Source of the DNA: Saccostrea echinata
Lineage: Eukaryota
Length of the DNA stretch: 64,000 nt
Assembly (NCBI RefSeq): GCF_033153115.1
Contig: NW_026889783.1
Span: 3,658,001-3,722,000, forward strand
Direction of reading: 5' to 3'
The notes under the pieces are model-generated. The model saw only the letters and a list, made by a program, of their open reading frames with translations, did not search any database and was not told where the DNA came from. Shown piece by piece: positions 53,451 through 64,000 of the stretch (position 1 is the stretch's first letter; every line of letters begins with the position of its first letter). The position numbers were made by a program, and so were the translations under genes.

Positions 53451-56400
53451 ATGGAAAATGATGAACCTGTGTGTCTGGCAACTGATGTTCTTCAAGCACA
53501 TGAGAGGTTACATCTGAATCTGAAACGGAGTCACAGACACACAGATGGTGGGTTTACTTTCTTTCTTTTTCTTCTTCTTTTTTTGTATCTCACTGGATCA
53601 AAGATTTGATCAAAATTTGTTCATTGTCGGTCTGCATGTCGCCTGTCTTCTAACTTTTTAACGTGAACATGTGAACCAATTTTAACCAAGCTACAAGAGG
53701 ATTCAAGTTTGTCCAAAAGATGACCGTTCCTTTCATACAGTCATAGTCTATAAATGAGGAAGTTTTTAAAAATCTTCTCAGATAATGTATGTGCATAAAA
53801 GTTAGGCCCTATATATTTACACTTGCTGTATTTTTCTAATAAGCCAACTGTAAACAGGGATGGGGTAATCGTAATCGAGTAATCATAATCGATTGTAATG
53901 ATTACTTTTTTTCAAGTAAGCGACAGTAATCTGTAATTGAAGAGATTTTCCATTACTTGTAATCGTAATTTAATCGATTACAGTTAAAATTTTCAATGTA
54001 ATTATAACTTTTTCGATTACTTTCGATTATTTTATACATAAATTGATGTTATTTTGGGGAATTATTTCCAGTCAGTCACACATAGATATCAATATAATTT
54101 GGTAAATAAACTGCATTGTACTCGAAAAAAAAAGAAGATGGAAATACTTATTCATATCTGAAAATGTTTAAACTTCAAACTTGTGTTTTAGTAACTTTAA
54201 AATTTGCAAAATCATTCTCATGTTTTCATTGAAAATTGTAAGGTTTGCTTTTATATTAGTGAGAGGTTATAAGTGTTTGTAAGAGAGGGAGTGTATCACT
54301 GTGTATGCTTATCTTAATTGGCTAATTAATTGACTGAGACATCCTTGATTTGCAGATAATGAGGTATAAACCGTGAACTACCTAGTGTTTAACTTTTATT
54401 CCAATGAAGACAAACAATATTATTAAAACAATTAATAGCTCTCAAAACACTTATTTCAATACAGAATGAAATTATGCTATTTGTTTCATTACTTAAAGAC
54501 ACATTTAATTTACATGTTTATTACTAAGAGTTCTAATTTACTTTTTTTTTTTGAAAAAGACACACACAGGAATGTTTAATGTGTACTGTCAACATACGGG
54601 CAGCCCAAATACTCCTAATGAAGTTATTCACAATAAATTATTAAATAATTTTTGCAACAAATCAATAAATATGGAGGTTCAGATCCAAGGTTGAAAGGAA
54701 TAATTAATTCGTAGGCATATTTTATTGTAGGAATCATGTCTCCACTTTTCATGGTAGAGAATCCCTTATCTGGGCATTTAGTGAGAATGTTAGCCTGCCC
54801 AGAATAAAACCTAAAAAGGAGCACATTCAAACTTCAGTGAATAACATAAAATTTACCATTTAAATATTGCTTTGATATTTGAAGGGATAAAAACTTGGAA
54901 GTAATCGATTAATAATCGATTACATCTTCCAAAGTAATCAATTACAATCGATTACAGGTTAAAAATGAGTGTAATCGATTAATAATCGATTACACAAAAT
55001 TCCTCTAAGTAATCAATTATTAATCAATTACATTTTAATTTCAGTAATCGTGCCCATCCCTGACTGTGAAATTGATTTGAATACCATTTTCGTGTATACT
55101 CACGCATAGAAATATGCAAGGAGAAACTTGTGCTAAAGTGACGTCACAATGAGCTACAGAGATGTTAATAAAAATGTAACAATGTAGGGGATAATTCAAA
55201 CATTGAGTATATTTGTGGTGCTTTTGAACATGTAAAATGTAAATATGCCTACGTGACAAGTCTGTGTGATTTACGGTACACACCAATAACTCACACAAAA
55301 CTTAAAAACATTCCTTAAATGAAAGTGTTCTTTTATATTGTGTGCATAAAGTGTAGATTACATTTTGTTTATATCACAGCCCCCAGGGTTAGAATAGGGC
55401 TACAACAGGGGTTCAAGGTTTTACAGATACAAGAATATTAAGGGATCAATCTTTTAAAGTCTTCTTCTCAAGAACAGCAGTGCTACAGTTGTCAAATTAA
55501 TATGTCAATATTTCAATATCACTAGAATATCAATCTGATATGGTAGTATATTTAATATCCTGTCAGTAAATTTTTTGAAAACATGTGATCATGAGTTAAG
55601 TATCTTTCAGATGCTCATTTGTCAAAATGGGAAATCGGATTCAAGAGAACTTAGTAAGTTATGTTTTATCTGTTATAAAGATATGGGTATACACACTTGG
55701 CAAAAGGCCCATATGATACAATTATCACAATTGATGATACAATTATTGCTCCTTTCCTCTCCTTCTTGCAGTGTTAAATGTTTCTGTGTTAGTTTTCAAC
55801 AGTCTCCTGAGCAGTAGCTTTTATTTTATATGATTATTTGTAATCTGACTGAAAATTTAAAAAATTCAAGTGAAAAATTAGCACTGTTAAATCGATTTCA
55901 TAATGAAATTGAAAGTGGAGTACAGTATTTTTTTTTATTGTAGATAATCTTTCATGGCAATTCAGTAGGCTTCATGCTCATGTAATGTAATTCATGCTCA
56001 TGTAATGATGTATTGCCAAAATAATTGTGTTGGATTAGTTTTGGAAACAGACTTTTACAACTTGCATTGTAGGATAAATATCTTATTTTAAAAGTAGCAA
56101 CTCCGTAGTTTTGTGAAGTACATGTAGTTATATTATCTCATACATTGTAACTCGATCTGTTAAGAAAGATAGACAGGTACACAGAAAGATAAAAACAGTC
56201 CACATCTGTTCTGGTTCACCTGGATCTCAATGGTAAATTTTTTTGTACAGTACTATATTCAGCTAAGTTTATCATAATTATGTAAATTCATATGTTTTCA
56301 GTGTTCCAGAAGTCAGTAGACACCCTGGATAATCTGCGGGACATTAAAGGTGTCTTGGATGGATCAGCTAGGAATTTTGACTGCCCTGGTGTCTGTGAGG

Positions 56401-59400
56401 ACCATCTCCTGGAACTCAGACAGCAGGTGCTGATGCATGTCCCCTCCTCTGTCTCCCCAGAGAACAGACAAAAATTCCAAGACCTCATTGGCAAAACATT
56501 TCAAGGTGAGAAATCATGCATTTAGTTTAACGATGGGAAATGACAAGACATATTTATCAGCAAAACTTCATAATCTTGTGTTAATATCAAAACATTTGGA
56601 TGAATTGCATTGTAACACTTAAGTTGCTACCTGATAAAGTTTGAATAAAACCAGAGAAAAATTAGGCTGAACATTATTGTTAAGTAAAAAAGTTTCATTG
56701 TAGTGTACATCCTACCAAGATGTGACTTTGATCAATAACTCTCCATAAAGCTTAGAATATACATTTTGTTATATGTGGTAACAATGGAAGGGCTATTAAA
56801 ATACTCTGTTTAACATACTTGTTAAATATTCCATATACAGGATTAGAGGTTTTATCGGCAGTCCTTGTGACGTGTCCCTGGTACCAAGCAAGCCAGGACG
56901 AGCGAGGGGAGCAGGCACGCCATAATGTCCTCTTCATAGTTTACCTGTCACTTGACCACCAATTCCTAGCTCCAGTTAATCAGCATGTTTTAAATGAAAA
57001 ATTTGTCCTAGATAAGGTACAAAAGTCTTATAAATTTGATATATTTTTATACATTTACCCTCATCGTCAGTGGGCAAAATCAAAATGGGGCAAATTCAAC
57101 AGTGTGATAGGATGATATTAACATGGAATGAAAATAACCTTAAGGAACACTGTTAAACATTAAAATTGGAAATTTAACAAGCCTTAGATCCCAAGGAATG
57201 TGGTATTTCAGGGCTGGCTGTATGCTATAGAGCTGTACCACTTTGTGTACGCCATTGTGAAAGGTAGAACCAGATGTGTGGAGGTCCTGTATTGTCCAGA
57301 CTCTGCCCAGTTAATACAAAAGGACCAATGGAAACAACTGAGAGATCAGCTGAATTTTTCCCAAGTTACAAGTAATGCAAATATTACACTAAATTATTTG
57401 TAAATGTGTGTTTTATACATTTAGAAAACAAAAATATGATTTTTTTAGATTTACATAGGACAGGTGACCGCTGGATAAAGGTAACCGCTATGAGAAGTTT
57501 GACTGTATATTATTTGTAACATCTGCAGTGATCGATTTAGGTTTTTGGCAAAAATTCTTTTTTTAGAACTCCAGGGGTTAAACGGAAGATTGTATTTATA
57601 GAACTCCAGGGGTTATAAGGAAGATTCTATTTTTAGAACTCAGGGGTTATGTGGAAGCCTGTAAAGGTCAATCAGTCAGTGGTATTGGAAAGAAAGGAAA
57701 AGATGGCAAGTTCCGTCTAGTAGAGTCTACCACATTTCACCAGTTCTGCAACAGCTTTAGGTAATGACAAATCACTCTAATTGTTGAAATGATTGATATA
57801 TTTAGCAATACATTTAGTCAGTAGTCAGAGTTGTCTCAATTTTTATCATCTGAAATTTCGCACTTAAGAGCTTGTCATGCATGTTAGTTAAATCACTGCT
57901 TTTGTGACTTACCTACCTTTTTCAGATTGATGAATCACTTGTACAACATCTCTGCTGATTTACCACCCTGTACAGATCCTTCCCAGCTGCTGAGTCTACC
58001 AGACATAGCTGTGAGAGGGAAGAAACTGCTGTACAGCCTTTATAAAGTATGGATGAATACTGGGAATATCAATCTATTGGATACTTTCTAACACTTTCAT
58101 AATATTTAAACTTCTAATATCTTTCCAGGTAATATTTTCTGGATCATAAAACACTAAATTAAATTTATTGTAGGATCCAGATGTGTCAAAGAGAGATGTA
58201 TTTGACCTACTTGTCCAATGGCGTGACTCAGTAATCTCAGGTCTCAAAAACCTCCAATACACCAATCAACAAGAAATGGAGGAAATCATAGGAAAATGGC
58301 AAATAGAAACTAGACTGAAAGGGAGGAAGATCTCTGTCCCTAAAGGTAAGCTGTAGAGCATGGCCATAGATCTGTGGGGAAGGGAGATATTAAAGAGCAT
58401 GCAAAAGAGTTCAGTTATGTATGACTAGATGTGCCAGAGTTGCTGAGATTTTTTTTTACTGTATTAAGTTATTTTCATGATATGTTTTATGTAATTCATG
58501 ATACGTTTTATGTAATTCATGATACGTTTTATGTAATTTATGAAGTGTTGCCAGATGAACATTCTTCATTGACAACACAGATGCAAGAAATTGGTGGACA
58601 GGTTGCTAAGTTACAACCAGAGCAAATTATTCTGATTGCTCAGGCAGGCAGTCACATGTACGGCTTAGCCACGCCCACTAGTGATGTGGATTTCCTGGTA
58701 ATCTATTCAGAACCATGTGAGGTAAAGTTTAGATTTATTATTTGTTAACATCATGTACCTTTTTTCATGTAATGAACATATTTTTAAAATGCATAATAAT
58801 TGAAACATCACTAAATTGCACAATGACTAGGCCATCTTTAAAAAAAATTGTTATGTTAATTTGCCCTCTCCCGACCAACTGACTAAAAATAGCCCGACAA
58901 TCTCAAAACTTTTTAAACCTCCAGGAAATGATTATTTTTTAAAATTCATTTTGGAATTTTTTCATTTATTCAACTACATGTACTATTTTAATTCTATCAA
59001 TACTTTTAATTTCAATAGATTTAGAAAATGCAGCACTGATGTTAAAAATTTCTTGGGAAAAAAAATTTTGCTGCCTACTTACCAATCTTTTTTTTTTCAT
59101 CTGAAGTCAGAAGAGGGCAAACAAACATTTTTTAAAGATGGCCCTATGACCAGTGATTTAATTGTAGATTTCACATTACTGAAATTTTGGATTTCACAAT
59201 ACTGATTTTTTTTACTGTATAAAGTAATTTACATGATACTTTGCGCATGTACATTAATTTATGTAGTTATAAAATATTGCCAGATAAACATTCTTCATTG
59301 AATGAATTGAATTATTCATTTCTTACTTTTTTTAGTTATGTGTGATAAAATCAAAATGTCTTGAATATTAAATATATAGAATAAACAGTGTAATCTCTCC

Positions 59401-62400
59401 CAATTGGAATTAATCTACTTTTGTTAATGTCCAGAATGTGTTAGGAAGGTGTAAAGAAATCAAGGATAATTTTGAAAGCAGAGGTCCGTCCAAACTTCTG
59501 GAGTATGGTGCTTATGAAGCTCGCCTTTTTTGTGAGATGTTGCTAAAAGGAAGTGTTGTTATTCTGGAAGTAAGTTTTAGAATGCTACTTCTAAGTTGAA
59601 GTCTGTCAACATGTTATTAGGTAAAGTGTGAAGTTTGATAAACTTTTCTCATAAAATGAGAAACTTCATGTGACAAAGATATTTCAAATTTCAAATACGA
59701 AGTTTTGCTTTTTCTATGAATTGCTTGTACATTGCTCTCTAAACAAAAAGATAAAATATTATGTCAATCAAGATGAGACATTTTTTTTTAAATTAAAAGA
59801 GGATAATCTGATACATATATTTTGATTTTACTTTACAGCTGGTATTTGGAGAAAATCACAATTACATGAGCTCATTATGGAAGGTATCAATGTACAACTT
59901 GTACATGTATATGATAAAATTCCCTTAAATACAGAGTATTGATAATTACAAAGATGTACTTTAATAAATTAAGTAGTACATGAATATGATTATTCTCTTT
60001 CAGGAATTAGTCAATAAGAGAAAGAGCTTTTTGTCAGAAAAAGGAATTCAGCAATATTTAGGACTGATACAGAACAACTTAAAAATGTTAGAGAGGGACA
60101 AAAATGGAGGGGCTTCCAAGGACAGGAAACTTTTGTATCAGGTGTGTGGACTAGATAAAATTAGGTCTTTGGAGAAAAATTAACTTGTCCATTCAGTCAT
60201 TTTAGTTGCTTTCATCCAGCTACAAAATATTCTCTTTCTTTAGTAAAATGTTAATGCTTATTGAAACAATATTTGTAAATATGGTATTTATGAAAATATT
60301 TCATAGTTGAAAAACAAGAATGATTCAATATTAATTAAGGAATAAATGTTTTGTTTTTGGTGTTTATGGAGTTACAAGTTGATTGGATCATGTGATAATT
60401 TATATGAATGTTGAACTGTACAAGAATTACCACTCTATTCAACATCCCCATACCCCCCCCCCCCCCCCCCCCCATTTGGACAGTTTCCTATATATGATAT
60501 GTTATTTGAATAATTGAAATACAATTGAACTTCGATATCTCAAACACTGATATCTGGAATACCATGGATATGTCAAAGTTGAAAGTCCCAACCACTTATT
60601 CTTGAAGTATTTTACTCCTGATATCTTGAATCCTTGGATATCTCGAAGTTTTTTCTTGGTCCCTCGAGTTTGAGATAACGAGGTTTACCGTGTAATATTT
60701 AATCGATACTGGTGTGTTTCTTATAGTTATATATTTTCAGTACCAGACCGCCCTACTTCATAACATAGTAAAACAAGCAAAAGATTTTGCAACGACTCTC
60801 CTTTCTGAAAAAATGTGACTGACTTAGGAAATGCCAAATAAGTCACATGTCTTGAAGTTGGTACAACACATAACTGACTAGGAAATGCTTTTGGAATCAG
60901 TTGCTTTCCTTGCTGTCAGTACTTATGACTGATTTAGGAAATGCCCCATGAGTCATATACTTTGTAGTTGATTCAACAAGTGAATGACTAAGGAAATGAC
61001 ATTTGGAATAAATCACCTACTTGTAGTCAGTATAAGTGACTGACTTGAAAATTCCCATTATGTTACATACATAGTAGTTGTTCTCAATACAGGTGACTAG
61101 CTCAGGAAATGCCCAATAAGTAATATGCTTAGTAGTAGTAGTTTGAACAACAAGTGACTGATTTTGGCCTCCAACCACATTGCTTGTAGTCAGTACAAGT
61201 GACTGACAGGAACTGCCCAATAAGTCACATTCCTAGTAGTCCTACAGCTGACTGACTGGCAACATACGTTTACCTCAGAATCCATCTATCACAAAATTAT
61301 AGCCGTATTGATGATTATGGTTAATTATCAGTAAGAAATTACATTAAATATAAATTATTTGAAATGTTAAGTTTAATTAAGTCCTAATTACCTTACGTTT
61401 TTTTCTGGGTTTACTGGATTTTTAGCTGTATTTCAATTCTAGATATTCCATAAGAGTGATGCTGTAGAGAGAATGATGAATGGTGATGTACCCAAAGTTA
61501 GATGTAGTGGAGAACTCCGGGATTTCATCATGAAAATCAGAACAAAACCACTAGAGGTAAACATAACAACAACTAATGGGATTTCTCAATGGTTTTGTAA
61601 ATCATGTTGAATGCTTTGTACATTTGTAAGTTATGCAATTGGTTTTAATGCATCTTGGAGTATTTTAAAAGATAACCATTTATGTGAGTATTTGGATGAC
61701 AAACTAAAGTTTTAAAGAGAGTTAATTGCAAAAATTGTTTAAAAGTGTGTAAAAATGAATGACAATGAGCAAAATTAAAGCTGTTAACAGTTACATGTAT
61801 AAAATGTTAAGGTCTCTTAGGTTGACATTAGGCAAAAAAAAATTTAATCTTTAGTTTCTCAGGCCAAAAAATTTAATATTTAATGCAGCAGGAAGGTCTC
61901 TTTTTGTTTTATTTGAAGCAGTTGTTATCTCTCTCTCTCTTTTTTTTGTCAATCAACAAGATGATATCATCTGATTCTTACCATTTTAATTCTGATATGT
62001 ACTCAACTTTAGATAATGTTATTTCAGACATTTTTGATAAAAAGTTAATTTATAAAGTACCATACATGTAAATTAATTAAAAAGTTAATTCATAAAGTAC
62101 CATACATATACAGGGGCGTAGCTTCCATTGTGGCAATGAGGCAACTGCCTCACTAGATTTTTAACCACCAACACTCCCTCCCATATATAGTTAATAATAC
62201 ATTGCAGAAAATATCTTGTAAAAATTATAATTTAAGCAATTCTATAATGTACGTTCATACCAACAAGGTTTGGGCTCTACCTCCATTACTGAAAACTCCA
62301 AGTAGGCAATGATTGGAAAAAATTAAAAACTGATAAATGTTTGACAATTATTAGTTTTGACGATATAAAAACAAAATTAAAAAAAAATGTATTCATTTTA

Positions 62401-63222
62401 AAATGTGTTAGTTTTAGAAAACATATTTATTAACTCTTTAACCATCGTCGAAAACCTGTGGTGGTCTAGCTTCTCTTGCTTCGTGGGTTTCTGACGATGC
62501 TCTTTTAGATATTTTAATAATATGTGGTATCATATCCACGCTATGAAACTGGTAAAATTAACTATACTTCTGTGCAGGAGAAGTCTGATAAAACACCCAA
62601 ATCCATATTCTGTCCGGAGGGGTGTGTGGTGCCCCCCTCTACCCCCCACCCCCCACCCACCACCACCATGGCGCTGCCCTGACCTACTTGGGGCCTTAGG
62701 TGGCCCCATACCTCCTGCCGCTATGGTTTTGCCTCACTAGAATTTTAAGCCAAGCTACGCCCCTGATATATATACGTGTAATGTGTAACGAAGAAAAACG
62801 TCTTTGAGCAAATATTAAAAGGGGCATAACTCAAATATTTTTTTTTTCAACTTGGAAAAATAGAAAAATTTATTTCCCTTTTCAATATTTCAATAAAATG
62901 ATCAATGCGGGAGTGTTTTACCTGATGTGGCGGTGCCGAGAAACTATAGATTAATTTTTTTGGCCTTAATTCTTTGTGTGTGTTTTAGGTTTATATTAAA
63001 AATCTACACATCTTAAAGAATTTAAAAATATTTAATTTTGTGAACTCATTTCAGAATGACTTTGACAGGGATGTTCTGCTCACAAAAGCAAAACAGAAAG
63101 TTGATGAACTGTTTACAAGATTGGCAGCAAGGAAAACAAGACTTAAGGAAAATATGGACTTTAATGTAATGACAGACTGGTTATTGAATGTCAGGGGTCT
63201 GAAATGTTTGTCAAATATATAA
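53451..63222 (+). CDS. Tandem RlaP/YcgL-like (PF10127-type) Pol-beta superfamily nucleotidyltransferase, ~606 aa
   Basis: 13 GT-AG exons in continuous frame: 53451-53547, 56302-56505, 56841-57016, 57212-57371, 57637-57760, 57926-58046, 58174-58345, 58555-58721 (alternative acceptor 58546), 59435-59569, 59839-59883, 60004-60141, 61443-61556, 63055-63222. The C-terminal domain has QAGSHMYGLATPTSDVDFLVIY, YEARLFCEMLLKGSVVILELVF, LWKELVNKRKSFLS..QYLG and terminal DWLLNVR, typical of the family. Gene structure confidence is high; family assignment is from motif recall. Confidence 0.85.
53855..55062. mobile_element. hAT-like non-autonomous transposon in intron 1 of the RlaP-like gene
   Basis: TIRs CAGGGATGGG / CCCATCCCTG, subterminal GTAATCGATTA repeats and an 8-bp TSD ACTGTAAA / ACTGTGAA. 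Confidence 0.85.
57561..57657 (+). repeat. ~36-bp triplication of a splice acceptor plus exon start
   Basis: TTTTAG|AACTC(C)AGGGGTTA....GGAAG occurs three times. Only the third copy (acceptor 57636/57637) keeps the reading frame. Confidence 0.9.
58828..59146. mobile_element. MITE (related partial copy at ~51240-51491)
   Basis: TIRs TAGGCCATCTTTAAAAAA / TTTTTTAAAGATGGCCCTA. Confidence 0.7.
60520..60694. mobile_element. Small Tc1/pogo-like MITE
   Basis: TACAATTGAACTTCGATATCTCAAAC ... GTTTGAGATAACGAGGTTTACCGTGTA imperfect inverted termini. Confidence 0.5.
60815..61258. repeat. Degenerate ~50-bp tandem repeat
   Basis: Recurring GTGACTGA..TAGGAAATGCC.AATAAGTCACAT..TTGTAGTCAGTACAA. Confidence 0.65.
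61828..62969. mobile_element. AT-rich MITE with a nested GC-rich MITE (62111-62765)
   Basis: Outer TIRs TTAGGCAAAAAAAAATTTAATCTTTAGTTTCTC / GAGAAACTATAGATTAATTTTTTTGGCCTTAA. Inner TIRs CAGGGGCGTAGCTT / AAGCTACGCCCCTG sit within a TA run. Confidence 0.7.
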
Positions 63223-64000
63223 TGGCATGATCTTAGATATTTCGCATTACTTTGATTAAAACATCTTGTTGATTTAATTACAATTACAAGTTTTGCTTCA
63301 GAGTTCATTTTATACATGTAATTTAAAAATTGTGTAAATTGAATATATTGATTTTCAAGAAAATGATCATTTGAAATTTTTCATGATCATCAAACTGAGA
63401 AAAAGCATAAAGGATGACTGCACCCAACAGTGAGTTTTGTACCTTATTTTATCCTTCTGTTGCCTTAATATCTTAATCTAATTTCACTTTTGTATATTTA
63501 CCAAAGAATTATGTCAATTTGGCACCAAATCGAAATATCAAAATGATTTTAAACTGTGATACAATAAAATAATTCTATATTATTTCTCCTTATTTCTAGA
63601 GAATTTACATTTATCTGCCTTTGACTGAACATTAGGTATGAATCAGAGGTGGGGTAAAATTGTAAGAATGGGTCTAAAATTAGACTAGATAAATATATAA
63701 TGACATGTAATAAAAAATAGGAGATCGCTCTTTCTCCCTCTTTATTCTGTATGACACAAGTATACTTTTACAAAGGTTTCTAAATAAAATTGACAGTATG
63801 AGCACGTACGTCCATGCAAGTAAAGAACATTTTAAATCAGTGCCCGACAATTTAACATGTTCTAACACAGTGTCCTAGTTAGTGCAATAATGTAGCCCTC
63901 CGATTTTTTTTCAGGAGAGGACATGCCTACTTCCGTGATTTGTAAATTATGCAAGGTTGCATTATGCAAACGCCTATTATGACGAAAGAGGGCGCTATAC

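Noticed and set aside
53451-63222. Bacterial contamination explaining the RlaP-like sequence
   Set aside because: Twelve GT-AG introns with host-type repeats, and contiguous with an intron-containing animal RTCA.

Overview
AT-rich, intron-rich animal genomic DNA. The repeat families point to a bivalve, probably an oyster (inference). Two N gaps lie at 139-278 and 43508-43654. I traced six spliced protein-coding genes by hand through splice signals and reading phase. (1) GCKR/MurQ-like double-SIS protein (-, 9444 to <279), head-to-head with (2) an SDS22-type LRR protein (+, 10108-17782). (3) A secreted EMI + 4xFAS1 TGFBI/periostin-like protein (-, 26404-37234). (4) A secreted Asp-rich/basic block protein, a candidate shell-matrix protein (-, 42083-44032). 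(5) RNA 3'-terminal phosphate cyclase RTCA (-, 46548-53213), whose ATG is only 237 bp from the divergent ATG of (6) a 13-exon, ~606-aa protein with two tandem RlaP/YcgL-like Pol-beta nucleotidyltransferase domains, one degenerate and one with an intact GSxxYG..SDxD motif (+, 53451-63222). The RTCA/RlaP pair is the best candidate for an undescribed system: a prokaryote-style RNA end-repair gene pair on a shared promoter in an animal. Other signals are the E. coli MurQ-identical DASECPPTYG motif in the GCKR homologue and tandem duplications repeatedly centred on splice sites in four genes. There is also a 5.7-kb 30-bp satellite whose unit contains a perfect splice donor, interrupted by a mariner. 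Helentron/HINE-type satellite carriers, MITEs, and RTE and Penelope-like fragments fill the introns. No database searches were run; family assignments come from recognised motifs.
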